Positions 24,411-39,000 of a DNA stretch of 64,000 nucleotides are shown here, piece after piece (the stretch's first letter is position 1; every line of letters begins with the position of its first letter). The DNA lies in contig CM060733.1 in assembly GCA_030704615.1 (NCBI GenBank), positions 36,518,001-36,582,000 on the forward strand, given 5' to 3'. This DNA comes from Takakia lepidozioides. Taxonomy: Eukaryota; Plantae; Bryophyta. Under the pieces are notes generated by a model. That model did no database searches. It saw only the letters and a list, made by a program, of their open reading frames with translations, and had not been told where the DNA came from. The translations under genes and the position numbers were made by a program.

Positions 24411-26913
24411 TGTGTTCTCTGCCAGGCAGATTTTTTTTTATTTTTTTTGGCAAGTTAGGAGCCTTGGTGGATTTCTCTTTTGGTACGCATTTTCGTTTTC
24501 TATGGCTCAGTTTCACGATTTCAATGGAGAAGGTAGATGAAGGGTTCAAACAGGCTGAAAAAGGAAGGTCGTAGAGGAGCTGGAGAAGTGTGAACTGCTC
24601 TGTAATATCTGTACCAACTCCCTTTATTCTCAGCTACAGCAATGGATAGCTCGACAAGAAGCCTTGCAGTATGAAAGGTTTCTAGCATCACTTAATGGAA
24701 CCAATGTGTTCTCACCTGCCCTCCTCTAATAGTGCGGCTAATGGTGTTGATAAAATCCTTGGTGTAAAATCAATATAGTGGTGAAGAGGTTCTCTTATTG
24801 TGCATTTTATTGCTGTATCAAGCAAAGTGTGAGAATGTGGTCTGAGGTGCATCTCAATGGTAAGGAATTCAGGCTGTGAGCGGCTGAATCTCTTCTATAC
24901 AATCATGCCATCCGTTTCCCCAATCGCCTCTGAGCATCAGCATGGTAATTTATGAAGAAGCTTCTGTCTCCAAACAAGCAGTTAGCATCTGAAAGGCTTT
25001 TAGAGAGGGATTGTGGGGAAACAATCAAGTTTTATAATCCAATTCAAAAGAATTTAACCTTGTGATGCGAGTAGATGTGGACTATGACATTTTCATTGAA
25101 AAAGGAAAATGTGGCATTAAAAAATACGAGTCCAACATGGAGCCAACACATTGGTGGTCAAACCCAGGTTCAAAGTGTTGTTGATGAGAAGTGTTATATA
25201 AGAAGAACCGCAGGCCATGCTCGCAATTGATATACCAACTGATATGCTTCATAGTCCTCAAAATTGACTTACGCCACATTACATTACAAGAATGCGAGTG
25301 GCTGCAAATCCAATCTTGCACTTGACAATCTTCATTTTGGGAATACTATGAACGACCGAGTGAGATTTGACACTGAATAATAGTGAAAAAAACGAAAAAG
25401 AGTGAACCACCAATTTGTAGCTCAGCTGGATAGTGCACCAAGTGCGGCCCGCGCCCACCCCCAAAGCGATACTGGGTCCAAATCCTGGTACCCTTTATCT
25501 TTCCCCTACCCTTGGGCAGTGGCGCATGAGCCTTTCGCTTGGCACCTCATGGCGAGGTTATTTTGAAAGATTAAGGGGTCCCATTTGCGAGCAGTTGCTC
25601 CTGGTGTCTCCTTAACAAAACAAGAGTGTTCAAGTACAGGTGTGTCCCTGGCACAATGCTACCAACAAATCAAAGATTACATCAATCGCAAAATGCAGAA
25701 GTGCTTCCCAGGCATTTGTATACTTGGAGCAGTACACAGATTAATGTATGTAGAGTCCCTCTCTACAAGATATGTCTGCAAGAGTGTACAGATGGCATCA
25801 CCCAATTTGTTTTTCAAAAATGCACTGAGCTGCAGACCCCACTTCACAGATAATGATGTGGAAGGATGGGTGGTATAATATAAAATGTAATATGAAATTC
25901 CCATACTAAATTTTTTTAACAAGAGAAATGTGGTCAGTAGTATGGTTGAGGCTAATGACCATTGCAACAGTTGGGTGAGAAAATGCAGCTACATATCAAC
26001 GGAACTAGATTCGGCTCTAAGAGATCCCATGAACTTGGGTGTAAAAGTTCCAGGCTACAAAATGTCCCAAGATTAGAGGGGTTACTTCCAAAATAGATTT
26101 ACGTCCATATGGTATTTGTAATGTCATGCAGACTTGCAGTATAACTGAAATTAAAAATCTTAACTTAACTATTAGGGCCTCTGTCCCCTTTAGTTTAATA
26201 CAAAAACAAAAGAAACTTAACTGTCTGGCTAGTTCTAGGGTCTGTGTCTGCCCATCCCTGTTTTTGTTATCAGATTGTTTCCCCCATGGAATAAATGGAA
26301 ATAAAGTTCTTTTGGCTTCAATGTGCATTTCAGCAAAAGCCATACAACTAAGTTGAAGACTACAGAGTAGTGACTAATAAATTATTACTAGTTAAGCACT
26401 AAATTTGTTTGCTTATTTGAGCAGCTGAGTCAAGACAAAACAATATCATCTGGAATTTTGAAAGATAAGCTCAATTAAGATGATAAGCACACCCACCCAT
26501 GGAGAGCTGTTTTCTTAAATGCCCTTCAAAAATTTGGGGGTACTTATCCACATCATGATCAAACAGGCCTGCTTAGCTTGCAGCAAATCTCCAGCAGACT
26601 TCCTCATACCCTTATGTATCCCTTCGTTGACTTCTCAATCTCGCCCCTTAGATAAATGACCATACACTACTATGACAGACCTTACCAATAGCCACCTAAA
26701 TTTTTGCCACTATTTCAATCAGTTATTTAAAATATTACCTAACTACTCGGTGTCTAACTGCAAGTGACCCACCTCCCCTTTCATCACATAACTCCCAATT
26801 GTGTTTATCAAAACTCACCTCAAAGGGTGATAAAAAGTTCAAAGTTGCTAATAAGAACACATTTCTCAAAATACAAAACATAATATTTTGTAGAGATTGA
26901 TCATAGATATCAA

Positions 26914-27718
26914 CTAGGTAGCGTGTGCCGTTGGCCCATGTATGAAGAATTGAAATCTAAGACCAAGTGCAATTTCAAGTGCGTCTCCCATATAGAGGCC
27001 CAAGTGTGACCTCCAGTGTCATTCCAAAACTTAATTTTGTAATTTAGCTAATTTTCAGCGACCAAAATTGTTCATATAACTGTAGGTCCAAATTTCGTGA
27101 AACCAAGTCGGTGCACCCCCACTCATCGAGGGCTTTCCAATTGTACCAAAATCGTGGCCTCTAAGGCCCAAGTGCAACCTCCAGTGACCTTCCAACACTT
27201 GATTTTGTAATTTAGGTGAATTTTTCAGCGACCAAAATTGTTTATAATTCCTTGGCCCATAGGTCCAAAATTTTGTGAAACCAAGTAGGTGCACCCCTAT
27301 TCATGAAGGGCTTTCCAACAGTACTAAAATTGTGGCTAAAGGCCCCACAGTTTGGGAGATCTCAACGACACTACAAACAACATTGTGAACGCCAATATTT
27401 AAAAAAACCCTATTTACATTTACGTCCACGCGCACAAAAGACAAATGAAGGGCCAATCATTGTCCAGGAAAGCCCACTTTGCTATTTTTCACGAATTTCC
27501 AGCGACCAAAAGTACTTGAAATTCCATATCTCACACACCGCAGGTCCAAAAATTATGCGACCAATTCATCGAGGGCTTTCCAACGGTAGCAAGCACCAGA
27601 GTTGGCCTGCCCCCGGTTCGGAAGATCTCAACGCTCGAATCATTCGGAACAAAACAAAACAAACAAACAAACAAACAACCTTGCTTCATATATTGATGAT
27701 ATATTGATATATTGATGA
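26914..27718 (-). mobile_element. Non-autonomous Helitron-like element
   Basis: The minus strand starts TC/ATAT-rich, followed by (GTTT)n. It contains internal tandem units of about 170 bp and ends with a short GC hairpin (ggccaacggcac) then CTAG|T at 26914. Confidence 0.6.
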
Positions 27719-30700
27719 TTCAAACATTTTATATTAAGGTATTTTCTAATGCGCGGCTCAAGTTTTGTTGACAAGGTCTCATTGGCTAGCTAACTGACCT
27801 GTGGTCGCTCTAGCCAGCCTGGTTTTGGCATTTTCAGGTGGTTTCCTTTCTCTGTAATGTCTTATGGCCCACAAGGCTCTTTTTCCCTTGCTCTTTAATA
27901 TGATTCATAGGGCCCCCCTTTAAATGTACAAAAGAAAAAGGAAAAGAACAGTCGGTGTGACCTTGTTGGAATCTGCTCACTATGCAGCAATGTATAAACT
28001 AGGTAGGGTAGGGTAGGGTATGGTATAATGTTGGCGGCGAGGACCTTCAAAGATTGGAAGTGTGAAAATAGAGAGGATTAAGTAAGCCTTTATTCCAACA
28101 CTCCGCCCCATTGGGGCCTTTGTTGCATACGTATATGAGGCTTTTGAGCTGGGAGCCTGTGATAAGTTTTCATCACCTCTCTTTGTTGGCTGAAATGTCT
28201 TCTTGCGATATTTGGCCATTTGTGGGAGAATGTATATATTACATAAAATTCAATGCAGAGAAAAACATTCTCTGGCTTGTGGCCCTACTGCCCAGGTGCC
28301 TGGAACTTCCACACCGCACTTTGAGCATAGTGAGGCGAACAACAATTCGTCACCGTTGACGATTTGAGACGATGGATGATGAAAAGGCACCCAATTATCA
28401 TGCGTTACAAACATATCCTATTGTGAGCTCTTCCATGAGAAATAAGTGTTCACAAAAATATCTATGCTGAACAATGGATCATGTACATGAGTCTAACTTT
28501 GATGAGCATGAACGAAAAACAAGTGCTCACAAAAGCTCTTCAAATGCATCCTTGTTAATGAACTATACTCAAAATATGTGTTATCCTTGGGGGTTTTAGT
28601 TGCAACTCTTTGGTGTAATGTGTAAGTTGGCGATACTGTATGTTAAGGACATGAGAAGATTGTGTCGTCAATATCCAGACCCACAAAACACTTCCCTTCC
28701 CAGCTTGAGTCGGAGATGAGCTCAAGAATGAGTTATGCTACCTCCTTGTTGAGATCTCATTCGGACAGAAATCCGCAATGCAAAAGTGATGAACTTCGCA
28801 TCCTCAGCAGTACCATTCACACCAAAGCGTTCCAACTTACTTAGTTGTAGCGACGTCTTCAGATAATCTAGTTTGTTTTCTGTTTCTCCGTTCCCGAGGG
28901 CCCAAAAGGCAAGAGGGCCCAGCTTGGATACGAAATCCACGACACAAGATTGAGGCACGGAAGTCGTACACAACATGTCCAACAACAACATACAAACAAT
29001 ACAATACAATACAACACACCTCAACACACGAGTCAAGATGGCACGAGACGGGACCCACGCAGCAACTCAGCGAAAGAGGGAGGGACACGCACAAGGGACA
29101 AGGGACATGGGACACGGAGGGTCCCACCGCGCAGGCGGCGCCGCTTGTGGGGTCCCGCCGCGCCGCCATCCCACCTGCCTATCTCGCGAATCCGCGCGCT
29201 TTGCTGGCCCTCCGGCCCCACTCGCCCTGCGGCCCGCGATACATACATACGAGTCGATCCAGAGATGGCCGACTACCCAACTGCGTGTAAGTAAGTATGG
29301 CCCTCGCTACAAATCCCGCTGCTCATCGCTGCTGCTCTCGCTAATCTCAGATCCCAAAAAATTACACGAGAATACTGGCGATGGAGTGAGCGCGGTGTGG
29401 TCAGGGAAACACGGAGTTAGGGAGGGGGTGGGGAGGCACGTGCGGGATGGGACCCGGTGGGTGGAGGTGTGCAGCACGTGTGGAGCATGGATGGGTGCAC
29501 ATCGTCGCTTGGTCGGCCGCTGCTATCACGCCGTTTTTGGTACATACTGCAAACTCGGCGATGCAGAAAGGTGACAGAAAGGGGAGTGTGGGGTGCGATA
29601 AATTTTGTCAGCAAGGAACCGAGGGAGGGACTCGGGAGGAGGGAGGGGAGGGACAGAGGTTTGGCGAATGTGAGAATAGGGGATAAAGGGAACAAGCGGG
29701 AATGTGAGGGAGAGGGGAGGGGGGAGAGGGGGGAGAGCAGAGGCACTAAACATGTCGGGCACGCTCTGGCAAGCGGTGAAAGGAGAGTGGTGCAGGGTGA
29801 TAATGAGGGGAGTGGGGGTGGGCCAGTGCTCAATCATATCTGCCACTTGAGGGACTGACTGAAGAGAGAGAGAGAGAGAGAGAGTGATGGTGGTGGTGGT
29901 GGTGGTGTGGCAAAGGAGCCTTGCGTACAGACATAGATACACAGCAGGGGTGTGCAAAGGGGGTGGGGAGGGAGTCAGGTGGTCTCTGTAGTTGGCTTTT
30001 AAACAAGATCTGCTGCTCAACATTCAAAGATATGCTATGCTGCTTTTCCTTCATGGTAGAAGGGAAGAGTCCAATATACTGGTGCAGTCAGACCACCAAC
30101 CAGATGTAACCCAGGTCACTTTTTGGCCCGGCTCGTTCAACGTCTGGTCAAAACCTGGACAAAAGCTTCTCTGGGGTGTAATTGACGATGGCCTTTTGTG
30201 CCTGAGCTGCACGGGACAAAGTAAAAGAACATGATGAGAGCACACAGTGTTTATGCAAGTTATGCCTGATGCCCACCGAGTGCAGAGCACCTCAGTGACA
30301 AAAGTATTTGGTGCTGCACTTGCAGAACTGGACGCCCAATTTGAGCGAGTGTCCCACCAAATAAGCATCAGCTCGATGTTTGTTGCTTCATTTGTCAGAC
30401 ATATATGCTCTGCCTAGAGCTACTGCTTACCGCATTAACATTTTCCTCCGTCCTAAGGTCAAAGCTAGATAGATTGTATATAGATGTAGGTATGTACGTG
30501 GGCGTGCCGATCCACCCAAGTTCCAACAGCAGTGTAAAGTAAACTCGCAGGCAGGAATTATTACAAGGCCTAAATTATTGAGCAAGCTAGCCGTGGTGGC
30601 TCGACTCCCAACAATATCTAGAGGAGCTGGCCATTTTTTGAGTTGTACTGTGGTGTATTTTGATGAGTGGAGGCCAGGTCAGTCAGGTCTGAGCTTTTGC

Positions 30701-33700
30701 CAGAATCCAACCAGATGTGTGCATCACTCCTCCTTTTCAGCTCGACCCATACCCTAAAGTGTAGAACGTCACAGAGTCCTTGCATAAGGAGCTGGAGCAT
30801 TTGTAGCCTCTACTCTTTCTCTCTCTCTCTCTCTCCTCCCTACACACCTCCCTTCCATTCCATTTCAGCGTATACAATCTTAGGGTTAGGTCGTTTACCT
30901 TCCATTTGCAGTGGTGTTCCCTAGATTGAGAAAACACAGGGGGCCACAGAGTATCCAGGGCCACAGCAAAGGTCCAAAACAGCAAAATGTGACAGACTTG
31001 CCTCAATGTACCTTTGGATAAACTGTAAGAGCAACCCACTCCCGTGCTGCAGTGCTGCATATCTGAGTGTGGCGTGTGTGTAGGCCCAGCCAGCAATCCT
31101 CTGTTGGGTCTTGCAAAACTGCACCCTTTTTACTGCCAGAATCCAGATTCATACAACATATCTCATCGCCCCGCCCCACCACACCCCCACCTCCTCACTC
31201 ACACCAAATCAGGAAAGGAAACCTGTTTTCACCCATCCCCCCAAATTGGGGTTTTTTTTGGGAGCCTTGACTGTTTTTAGGGAGTTATGAATAGACATTT
31301 ATGAGGAGATTTAATTGTCGCTTAACACAAACTGAATATAGTTATGCACTAATTTGGCAGTTATGAGAGATTACCTCCCAAAGTGATTTAGCCGAGGGCT
31401 TTAAATGTACCACACCAACTCATCAACCGTAAAAACCCGGGTGCTTCCCTTTCATTAACAGGAAAAACCCCAACTTCCCAGTAAGTTAAGTTAGCCCTGG
31501 AATAACAAGTCTTGGGATCACATAGCTGCTGATGAGGTTTGGATGGATTATAGTAGACAGAGAGTGACAAATCATCCATCCACCCACTCAGCAATCTGGA
31601 TGTACCAGAGAGCGCGTGGCAGGGCGAGGGCGCGTGGATTGCTGACGTATACTCGAGATATACGGAGGGCATACGATACGCCGCTCAGTGAATGATGACT
31701 GGCAGTGATGGATGAAAAGAGTGACCCAGGTGGATGAGGAAGAGACATATCACGGATAGACGGATGAAGAAGAGCGCAGGTATGGTGTGGTGAAGTGTAG
31801 AAGCGCGTACGTACGTACGGGGGTGCGTACGTATATCATGCGATGGCATGTCAGAGGTCCACATGGGGCCGCACCATTGTCCAGATGGGGGCATGACATG
31901 GCATGTCATGGCATGTCAGCGCGCCTGCTGCGAGCCGACATGCACCCATCATGCCTGGCCGCGCCACGACAAGCCGCGGCTGGCTGGCGCCACCTGCGCT
32001 GCCAGCGCGCGAGCAACCGCGGCCTGACTGCACGGCCTGCGGTTTGACTGGCAGTTTGACTGAGCAGCCCGATATGCGCCACACATGCCCTCCCTGCACC
32101 GCCCGCTTTCATCACCGTCGACTCTGCACCTCTCCCATCCCTGTTAATTACCCCACCACCTTTCAAGTTTGGTCTGTTATACAGGCTCTCTCTTGCTCTC
32201 GCTTGATCACGAGTCACGACATGCTTTGGCTTGTAATGAAAGCCTTGAGGCTTGCAGGGATGCGAGCATATTATAACATTTGTAGAAGGGGGTTGAAAAA
32301 TGGCTGGTCTGTTGAACCTTTTTTCTCTTCGGGAGGGTGAGTGAAACAGGAATAATAAATGCGCCGTCTCTGCGATATTTGTCGTTGGATATGTTTGAAA
32401 AATGGGCTCCTGAGTTGTAGTTCTATGGGCTGGCCCGCTTTGGAGTCGTAGGAGAGGGGTGTCAGCCACGAGAGTGTAGTGTACCATCTGATTCGAGGAC
32501 TAGTGCACAGAGGTTTTTTCCAATCCAGGTAGGGTTTTAGTGTTGAGCCGTCTGTAAGACAACATTGAGTCTCGGGTCCCTCTGCAACAACACACCCCCG
32601 AGGTAGCCTAGGTATGTGCAGATCTATGAGTTTCCACCTCGCTGTGTGGGAATGTGGGAATCCATGGATTGCAAAGATAGAGTCAAGTGTCGAGGGCAGA
32701 GCCTGCCATCACTGCTCTTGTCCGTAGTGTGAATGTGGGTAGTTAGTGTGAGCTGGGTTTTGTTGCCTGCATTCTGATGATGGTCTGCTGCTGTACGTCA
32801 CTCACTCACACACTGTGGGTTTTTGTATTGTAATGAAGGTGGCTTTTGTTTGAGAATCTGAGCCCCAATGTGTGCACGGGACCACAAGATCTATGCCTGC
32901 TTACAGCACCTGCCACTCTGACCATCGTCGCTCCAACCCTCGCCCCTTCGCTATCGTGCTTTTACGTCTCGGGCTCGCACCCCTCGACCGCCCTGATCAT
33001 TTCATCAACATGCTGGGTGTCGGGAATTCCATCGAACCAGCGCTTCCAAATCCAAATCCTCGCCTTGGATATTGATGGCCTCCCCGCGTAAAAACATTTT
33101 GTCGTCCGATACCTTTCCAGCAAGATACACACATACACAGCACGCGCAGGGAGGGTGGGGTCGCAGCGACGGTGATGAGAGCGACGGAGGCAGCGATGAC
33201 GATGCGCGACTGCTCACGTTCCCGTCGACGCCCGTGCGACCGTCGCATCTCGTCAGCGCCGCGACGGTGCGGAGCTGACGTCGGCCGGCCGCGCGGTCAA
33301 ATGCCGCTGGGCCACTTGCACGTTAATTCCGCACGTGCCAAATCACGCGCTTGTGCACGGAGGCCACGTGTCCTGAGCCGTCATAAAGACCCGCGATGCC
33401 GTTTGTCCTGCGGCCGCAAGTGGGACCCCCCTCTTTTCATTTTATACAATTCCCGGAGTTAATTCGGAATCTATTTATGCGGAGCTACCTGTCTCGATCG
33501 TGTCCCGGGACATTTTGTTGACATGTCCCAATACTAATTCTATGACTCTAAATATTATTGAGGCCCGCAGTTCTTAGCAGGCTTGCGGAAATCATTTCTC
33601 TCATTCAAGTGCCGACTATAATATACCCGCCGATCTGACACGCACACATCAGACCCAAGTTTTATATTACGTTGAAAGAGGAAAGGAAAAACGCATGTGC

Positions 33701-35110
33701 ATATTCCCATAAAGTCATAATTCCCTGCACTCTCCGCTCAAGTGAGATGCCCGGAGTTTGTCAGACGTATCAAACTAGTCTAAAATACCCGCGCGTATGA
33801 GTGTCACGCATATTCAACACTTGTTGTGGTCGGTATGAACAGTGCAGAGTCGAGAAAAAGATTTGTCTAGTGTTGATATTTGGTACTGGGATGAGGCCCT
33901 GTCTCGGGTTTCGGTGCAAAGGACGGATCATAAATTTCATTCATTGAGTCCGGGGGTGGGGCCCCAGCCCTCCTTGTACCTTCCGACAGAGCAAGCCCCC
34001 CATTGGGAGAGGGCGAGGGCGAGAGCAAGAAAATATGAGATCTGTGAGGCTGGCGTAGCAACACCCACAAAACACGTATTATTATTTCCTGAACGTAATG
34101 CACCGGCTACCCTCTTAGTCCCTGGTTGGTTTGTGTCAGAATGAATGGCAAAGCAGAGGTGGGCAGGTGTGTGTGAGAGTTAATGGAAAGGAAGGGGATT
34201 TCGGGTGGGCCCAAGGGCCAACTGTTTGGCAATAATTTCAGAGAGCGGAACAGATTAGGGTTAAGTTGGTGAAAGCGGTGCCAGTTCTCTTGTTTTTTTT
34301 CGAACGAAAGGGGGGTAAGTTAAGAGCCCTTTCAATCCTTTGGATCACAATGGAGGCATCCTCCCGAGTTGCAAATCCGTGTTGGATACGAGCGGTCGCA
34401 ATCGCGTAAAGTGACATTCCATCCGCTGTGCAGTATAGGACCTTCTCGGAAAATAAAGAATGAGTGAGTCGAGGACAGAACTGAAGCATCCGAGTAAAGA
34501 TGCAATGTACCAAAAAGACGTGTGTGTGAAAGGAGTTGAAAGGCGTCTTTAATTATCGGAAAGAGACGAGTGTGGAGTGTGGACTCATGAGTCAGCATCT
34601 TATTAGTCCTTGTGCGAAAACATGGATAGTTGGATGCGAGTTGGATCACCACTCATCCATCCATCGCTGTCCATCCATAAGCCAAGTTTAGCCGTGGCGA
34701 AACTGGGGCTATTGACCGTCAGCCGCACTCGAGTAAGTCAAGAGTGATGATGGCGGGATGTCTCCGTCCATCCATCTCCGTCGTGCTAATAAAGCAGGTC
34801 GAGGAGCAGGACAGTTCCAGCCAGAACCTTGCGTGACCGTACCAGGGGCAGTAAAGGGCGGGCAGGACCGATAAAGGCGGGCAGCTGCCTCTTTAATGCT
34901 CCGTGTCGTATCCGCCGCTGCTCGTTGACCGCCGACCCACCTCCTGGCACCAGGACGATGAGCTACGAATGAAGAATCTCTCTGTTCGTTCTCTTCTCAT
35001 CCAATGTACATCCTAGATGGGTCTGGTAATTTTCATTTTGTTTGGTGTGGTTTTATTTTCGAAGTGGAATAATGAATGATTGACCCGCATCTAAAAGGAA
35101 GTCCATGTTT

Positions 35111-35428
35111 GGTAGATAAAATGGAAGCAACGGTCGGTCGCAATCCTTCGCATAAAGTGCGTCAATGTCACGGTGGAATTGAATGAAACCATTGTATGAG
35201 AGTGTCAATAGGATGGTAGATAAAATGGAAGCATCGGTCGGTCGCAATCCTTCGCATAAAGTGCGTCAATGTCACGGTGGAATCAAATGAAACCATTGTA
35301 TGAGAGTGTCAATAGGATGGTAGATAAAACGGAAGCATCGATCGGTCGCAATCCTTCGCATAATGCTGCGTCAATGTTATGGTGCCGGAAGTGAATGAAA
35401 CCATTTGTATGAGTGTGTCCATAGGACG
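35111..35428 (+). repeat. 104-bp tandem repeat, 3 copies
   Basis: Units start ggtagataaaa at 35111, 35215 and 35319. Confidence 0.9.
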
Positions 35429-35809
35429 GTTGCATTCATGCAATGGATCACTCATTAGCAAACCGAGAGCGATTGGAATCCAATGATAGCATCCATCCAT
35501 GTATCCCACAAATGTTCTTTTTTGTTTTTCAAAAATCTAGCTAGAATACCACCTACTAGTGAGTCACTCCTCCTGGGTGTTCTCTTTAAAAAAAAGAAAA
35601 AAATACTTAGATACTACCTAGATTTTTTCCCGGTATTTCCTTATTGAAAGAAAAAACAAAAATCTTGGATACAACCTATACCTCTTATTTATGTGCCAAG
35701 TGGAGGATAGTTAGTAAGTAGTAAGCCAAATTTGAACTGACTAATATCAGCAACCTCATTTAAAAGGAAGACGGTCCAAAATTGTTGGTAGAATGTGTGT
35801 TGCTGTTAT

Positions 35810-36040
35810 TATAGCAATGCAGTCAACCAAAAAACTGAAGCCCTTGCTAACCATCTCTCAGAAAGAACTAAGAGTTGGTGGGCTCTGTTCTTCAATGTTT
35901 CTTCATGTTATGCAAGGAAGAGAGTATAGCAATGCAGTCAAACCAAAAAACTGAAGCCCTTGCTAACCATCTCTCAGAAAGAACTAAGAGTTGGTGGGAT
36001 CTGTTCTTCAATGTTTCTTCATGTTATGCAAGGAAAGAGA
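35810..36040 (+). repeat. About 115-bp tandem duplication ending in a (GA)n tract
   Basis: tatagcaatgcagtcaa...tgcaaggaagagag occurs at 35810 and 35925. Confidence 0.9.
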
Positions 36041-39000
36041 GAGAGAGAGAGAGATGAGGGATGGAGGAGGGGTGCAACGCCGACATCCCTCTTCTCTCTG
36101 ACGCGCGCCGGCGGTGGGAGAAGCGGGAAATGTTGGTCTCTGAGAGGGAGTGTGTGTCTATGATAAGGCAGCCATAAGGGGGCCATAAGGAGAGTTAATA
36201 AGTGGGGTGTCAGGGGGGGGGAGCGTCACTGGGGGTGCCAAAACTGATTTGGGAGGGCATTACAGGACAAGGTTTGCAGAGTAATGGAGGGGCAGAGAAA
36301 AAGGCACTGTAGTAATGCTGGTGTGGCAGGAGGACGAATATAAAAGTGGTGACAGTAAAGGAGGCTTAGAGCTGTCTTTATGAGCTCTCTGGCAGTCGGA
36401 CCATTAACCGTTCACCGGCGATATTTGGGTTCCCGGTGGGGTCCCTTCCCCGACCCAGTGCGAATGTCAGCAGTGTCGATGAGCAGATGTGTCGAGGGGG
36501 AGTTCTCTCTTCTCTCGCTCTCTCTCTCTCTCTTTCTCCTGCTCCCAACACCTCCAGAAGCCTAGTTTTGGCGCAAACCATCCCTCCAAACTTCCTGACA
36601 TGCTTTCGAGACACTTGCTTATGTTGCCTGGTGCTCCTTTGCCTATGTTGGATTGCACGTGTTTCTCAAACGTTGGGTATCCTGAAAAGCTGCTGCAGCT
36701 TCTGCCACTGAGCGTTCAATCTCTACCTCGGAGGGGGGGTCTGGGGGCACCTCCTCCGAGGTGCTCCTTGGTTGGAGCGCTACATTGCCGCATTTCTTCC
36801 TGCAACTCGATCGGCCACAAACCTTGCGCAGGACTTGCTCCATTTTATCGAGACATATGAGCCTCATTAACTTCCCCCTTGGTTCGCGGGCACATTGAGG
36901 GATCATTGTAGCAGCATTTACTGCTTCACAGCCAAGAGCGCTCTCCCCAACTAAACATAGCAACCTGGATATCAATTTGAGCAAACTAGATTTCACGACT
37001 AAATTTAGGAATTTAAAGCTCTACCTAAATGTTTCCTTGTCAGAGGGTCAAATGCATCCATACACTGATTACTGACTATGTAAATTTGGGAAAGAAGGAT
37101 ATATATTATGAAGTCATTGAGAAGAGCGCGGTTTTCGTGCATTCATGTTCCACATTTGTCTTCCACGGATTTTGATAGCCTGACTACCGGACATAAGTGG
37201 CAGACCCGACCCTCTTTCGGGGAGTATCCCAGTCGTCTCTGACCAAGACACATGACGCAAACCAATAGTCAAACCGAAGACCCATCACTGCATCGTATAC
37301 TCTTTGCACCTTGCGACCTTTTTCCTCACTGCATCCTACTCATGTTTTGACCGTTCAATTCAAACCCTGCTCGCCATCACGAAGCATGTGTTCTAGCCCA
37401 GCGTGCTCATCTCACCTTCTGCACTACTTAGAGCATTACAAACTTGTCACGGACGGAGCTCATGATCCTCCATGGCCGCAGTTGGCAGAGGGATCTAGAT
37501 AGTTGCACTCAGTCCAACTGATCTGTTGTTCCTCTGTCCACATGTTAATCCCAGAGAATCATCTGCTCCCAAGTTGTACAACATGATTGCTCTCCAGGAC
37601 TTTTATCTTTTGAAAAAGGAAATTTCAGATTCATCACCATGGTTTTGCAACACTCAATCCCTGACCCCCCCCTCAAAAAAAAAGAAACTCCCTGAAAGCA
37701 CTCAATGGATGTCAATAATTGAAAGAAAGATGGGCCATAATTCATACTCGAATGCGGATCCGCATTAAACCCTCGGAATTTAGTCACAAGGATCCTGCCA
37801 TCCATAACACCCCCTCTGCAGCTCTGCAGCCCAGGATCCAAGCCCTTGCTTGGCACATGACAACGTACCCAACTTGTTTGGTCCACTATTTAGTAGTGTT
37901 AACATGCCATTACAAACACGAATCGTCGAAACGTACTTTTCCGGTCTTTGAAATTCTGTACATGATACCTAAGTTGTATCCCAACAAGACCCATTTGGAA
38001 AACATTAGGGGAAACACCCGGGCCGACTTAATTTCAGTAAAGCCAGATGGTGTGGGGGTCGTCTTTATTTGAGAAACACGTTCCCGTTGGTGTTGGTGGG
38101 GGAGAGTGAGAGTCAATGAAATCTTGGTCCATACCGGACTTGCGTTGCATGGAAATTGAGTCATTGTTGGGTTGTTATGGCGTCACGCCTCCATTTGGGT
38201 TTGAGGGCCACATGAATTGTCCCACAAACCTCAAAAAGACATTCTTCTCCACACATACTCCCCACAATACGAATCAAAACAAGAGAACGGTCCCCATCGA
38301 AGTGTCCAACCAAATTGGATGGACCCATCAACTTAGTATTCGTCCCATTTTTCCTTGGACCGATATGTACCCATACTAAAAATTGATGGAAAGGATATTA
38401 TATTCTATGAGAGAACCAATAAGTTCCTTGCCATGATGCTGCCCTTTATGGCCCTCCTCACCATTTCATGTATCATCTTAAGGCTTCCAACCAAGAGGAC
38501 CATGCTCTAACTTCGGTGATGGAGGATGAATGACATTTGAAACAAATGCAGAACCTCACTGAGTCCCATCTCGTCGCTTTCAACTTTAGGGCTAGGTTAG
38601 TAGTCCAAATAGGTGAATTAAAGGGAAGACGGTCACCTACCTGGTCAACGGACAGTCTTCGTCCAGTACCGTCCGTCCCTTCACATTATCATCCCTGCCC
38701 GGCCTTTAATCCTGTCCGACAACACTCACTGCATCTTCAATTCCATTCATTATGTGTTACCAGATTACACATTCATTCATCCCACTCATGTCCCATCAAT
38801 CGCTCCCCCCTTGTGTTTCTTTATTACTAATATCCTCCACATTCATTAAAAACATGCCTTCTCGGACCCTCCCATGGGATTCATCATCCAGGGAATGTTT
38901 TGTGTCCCAACAGTCCCCAACCATTCTTCCTCGCTTCAAACCCGTCGGGACTCGGGCCTCGGGACTCTTCAAACCCGTCCCGCTTTTAGTCACTCGCCTA

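Noticed and set aside
27747-27762. Partial miR171-like sequence on the minus strand
   Set aside because: Only about 11 nt match and there is no supporting hairpin.
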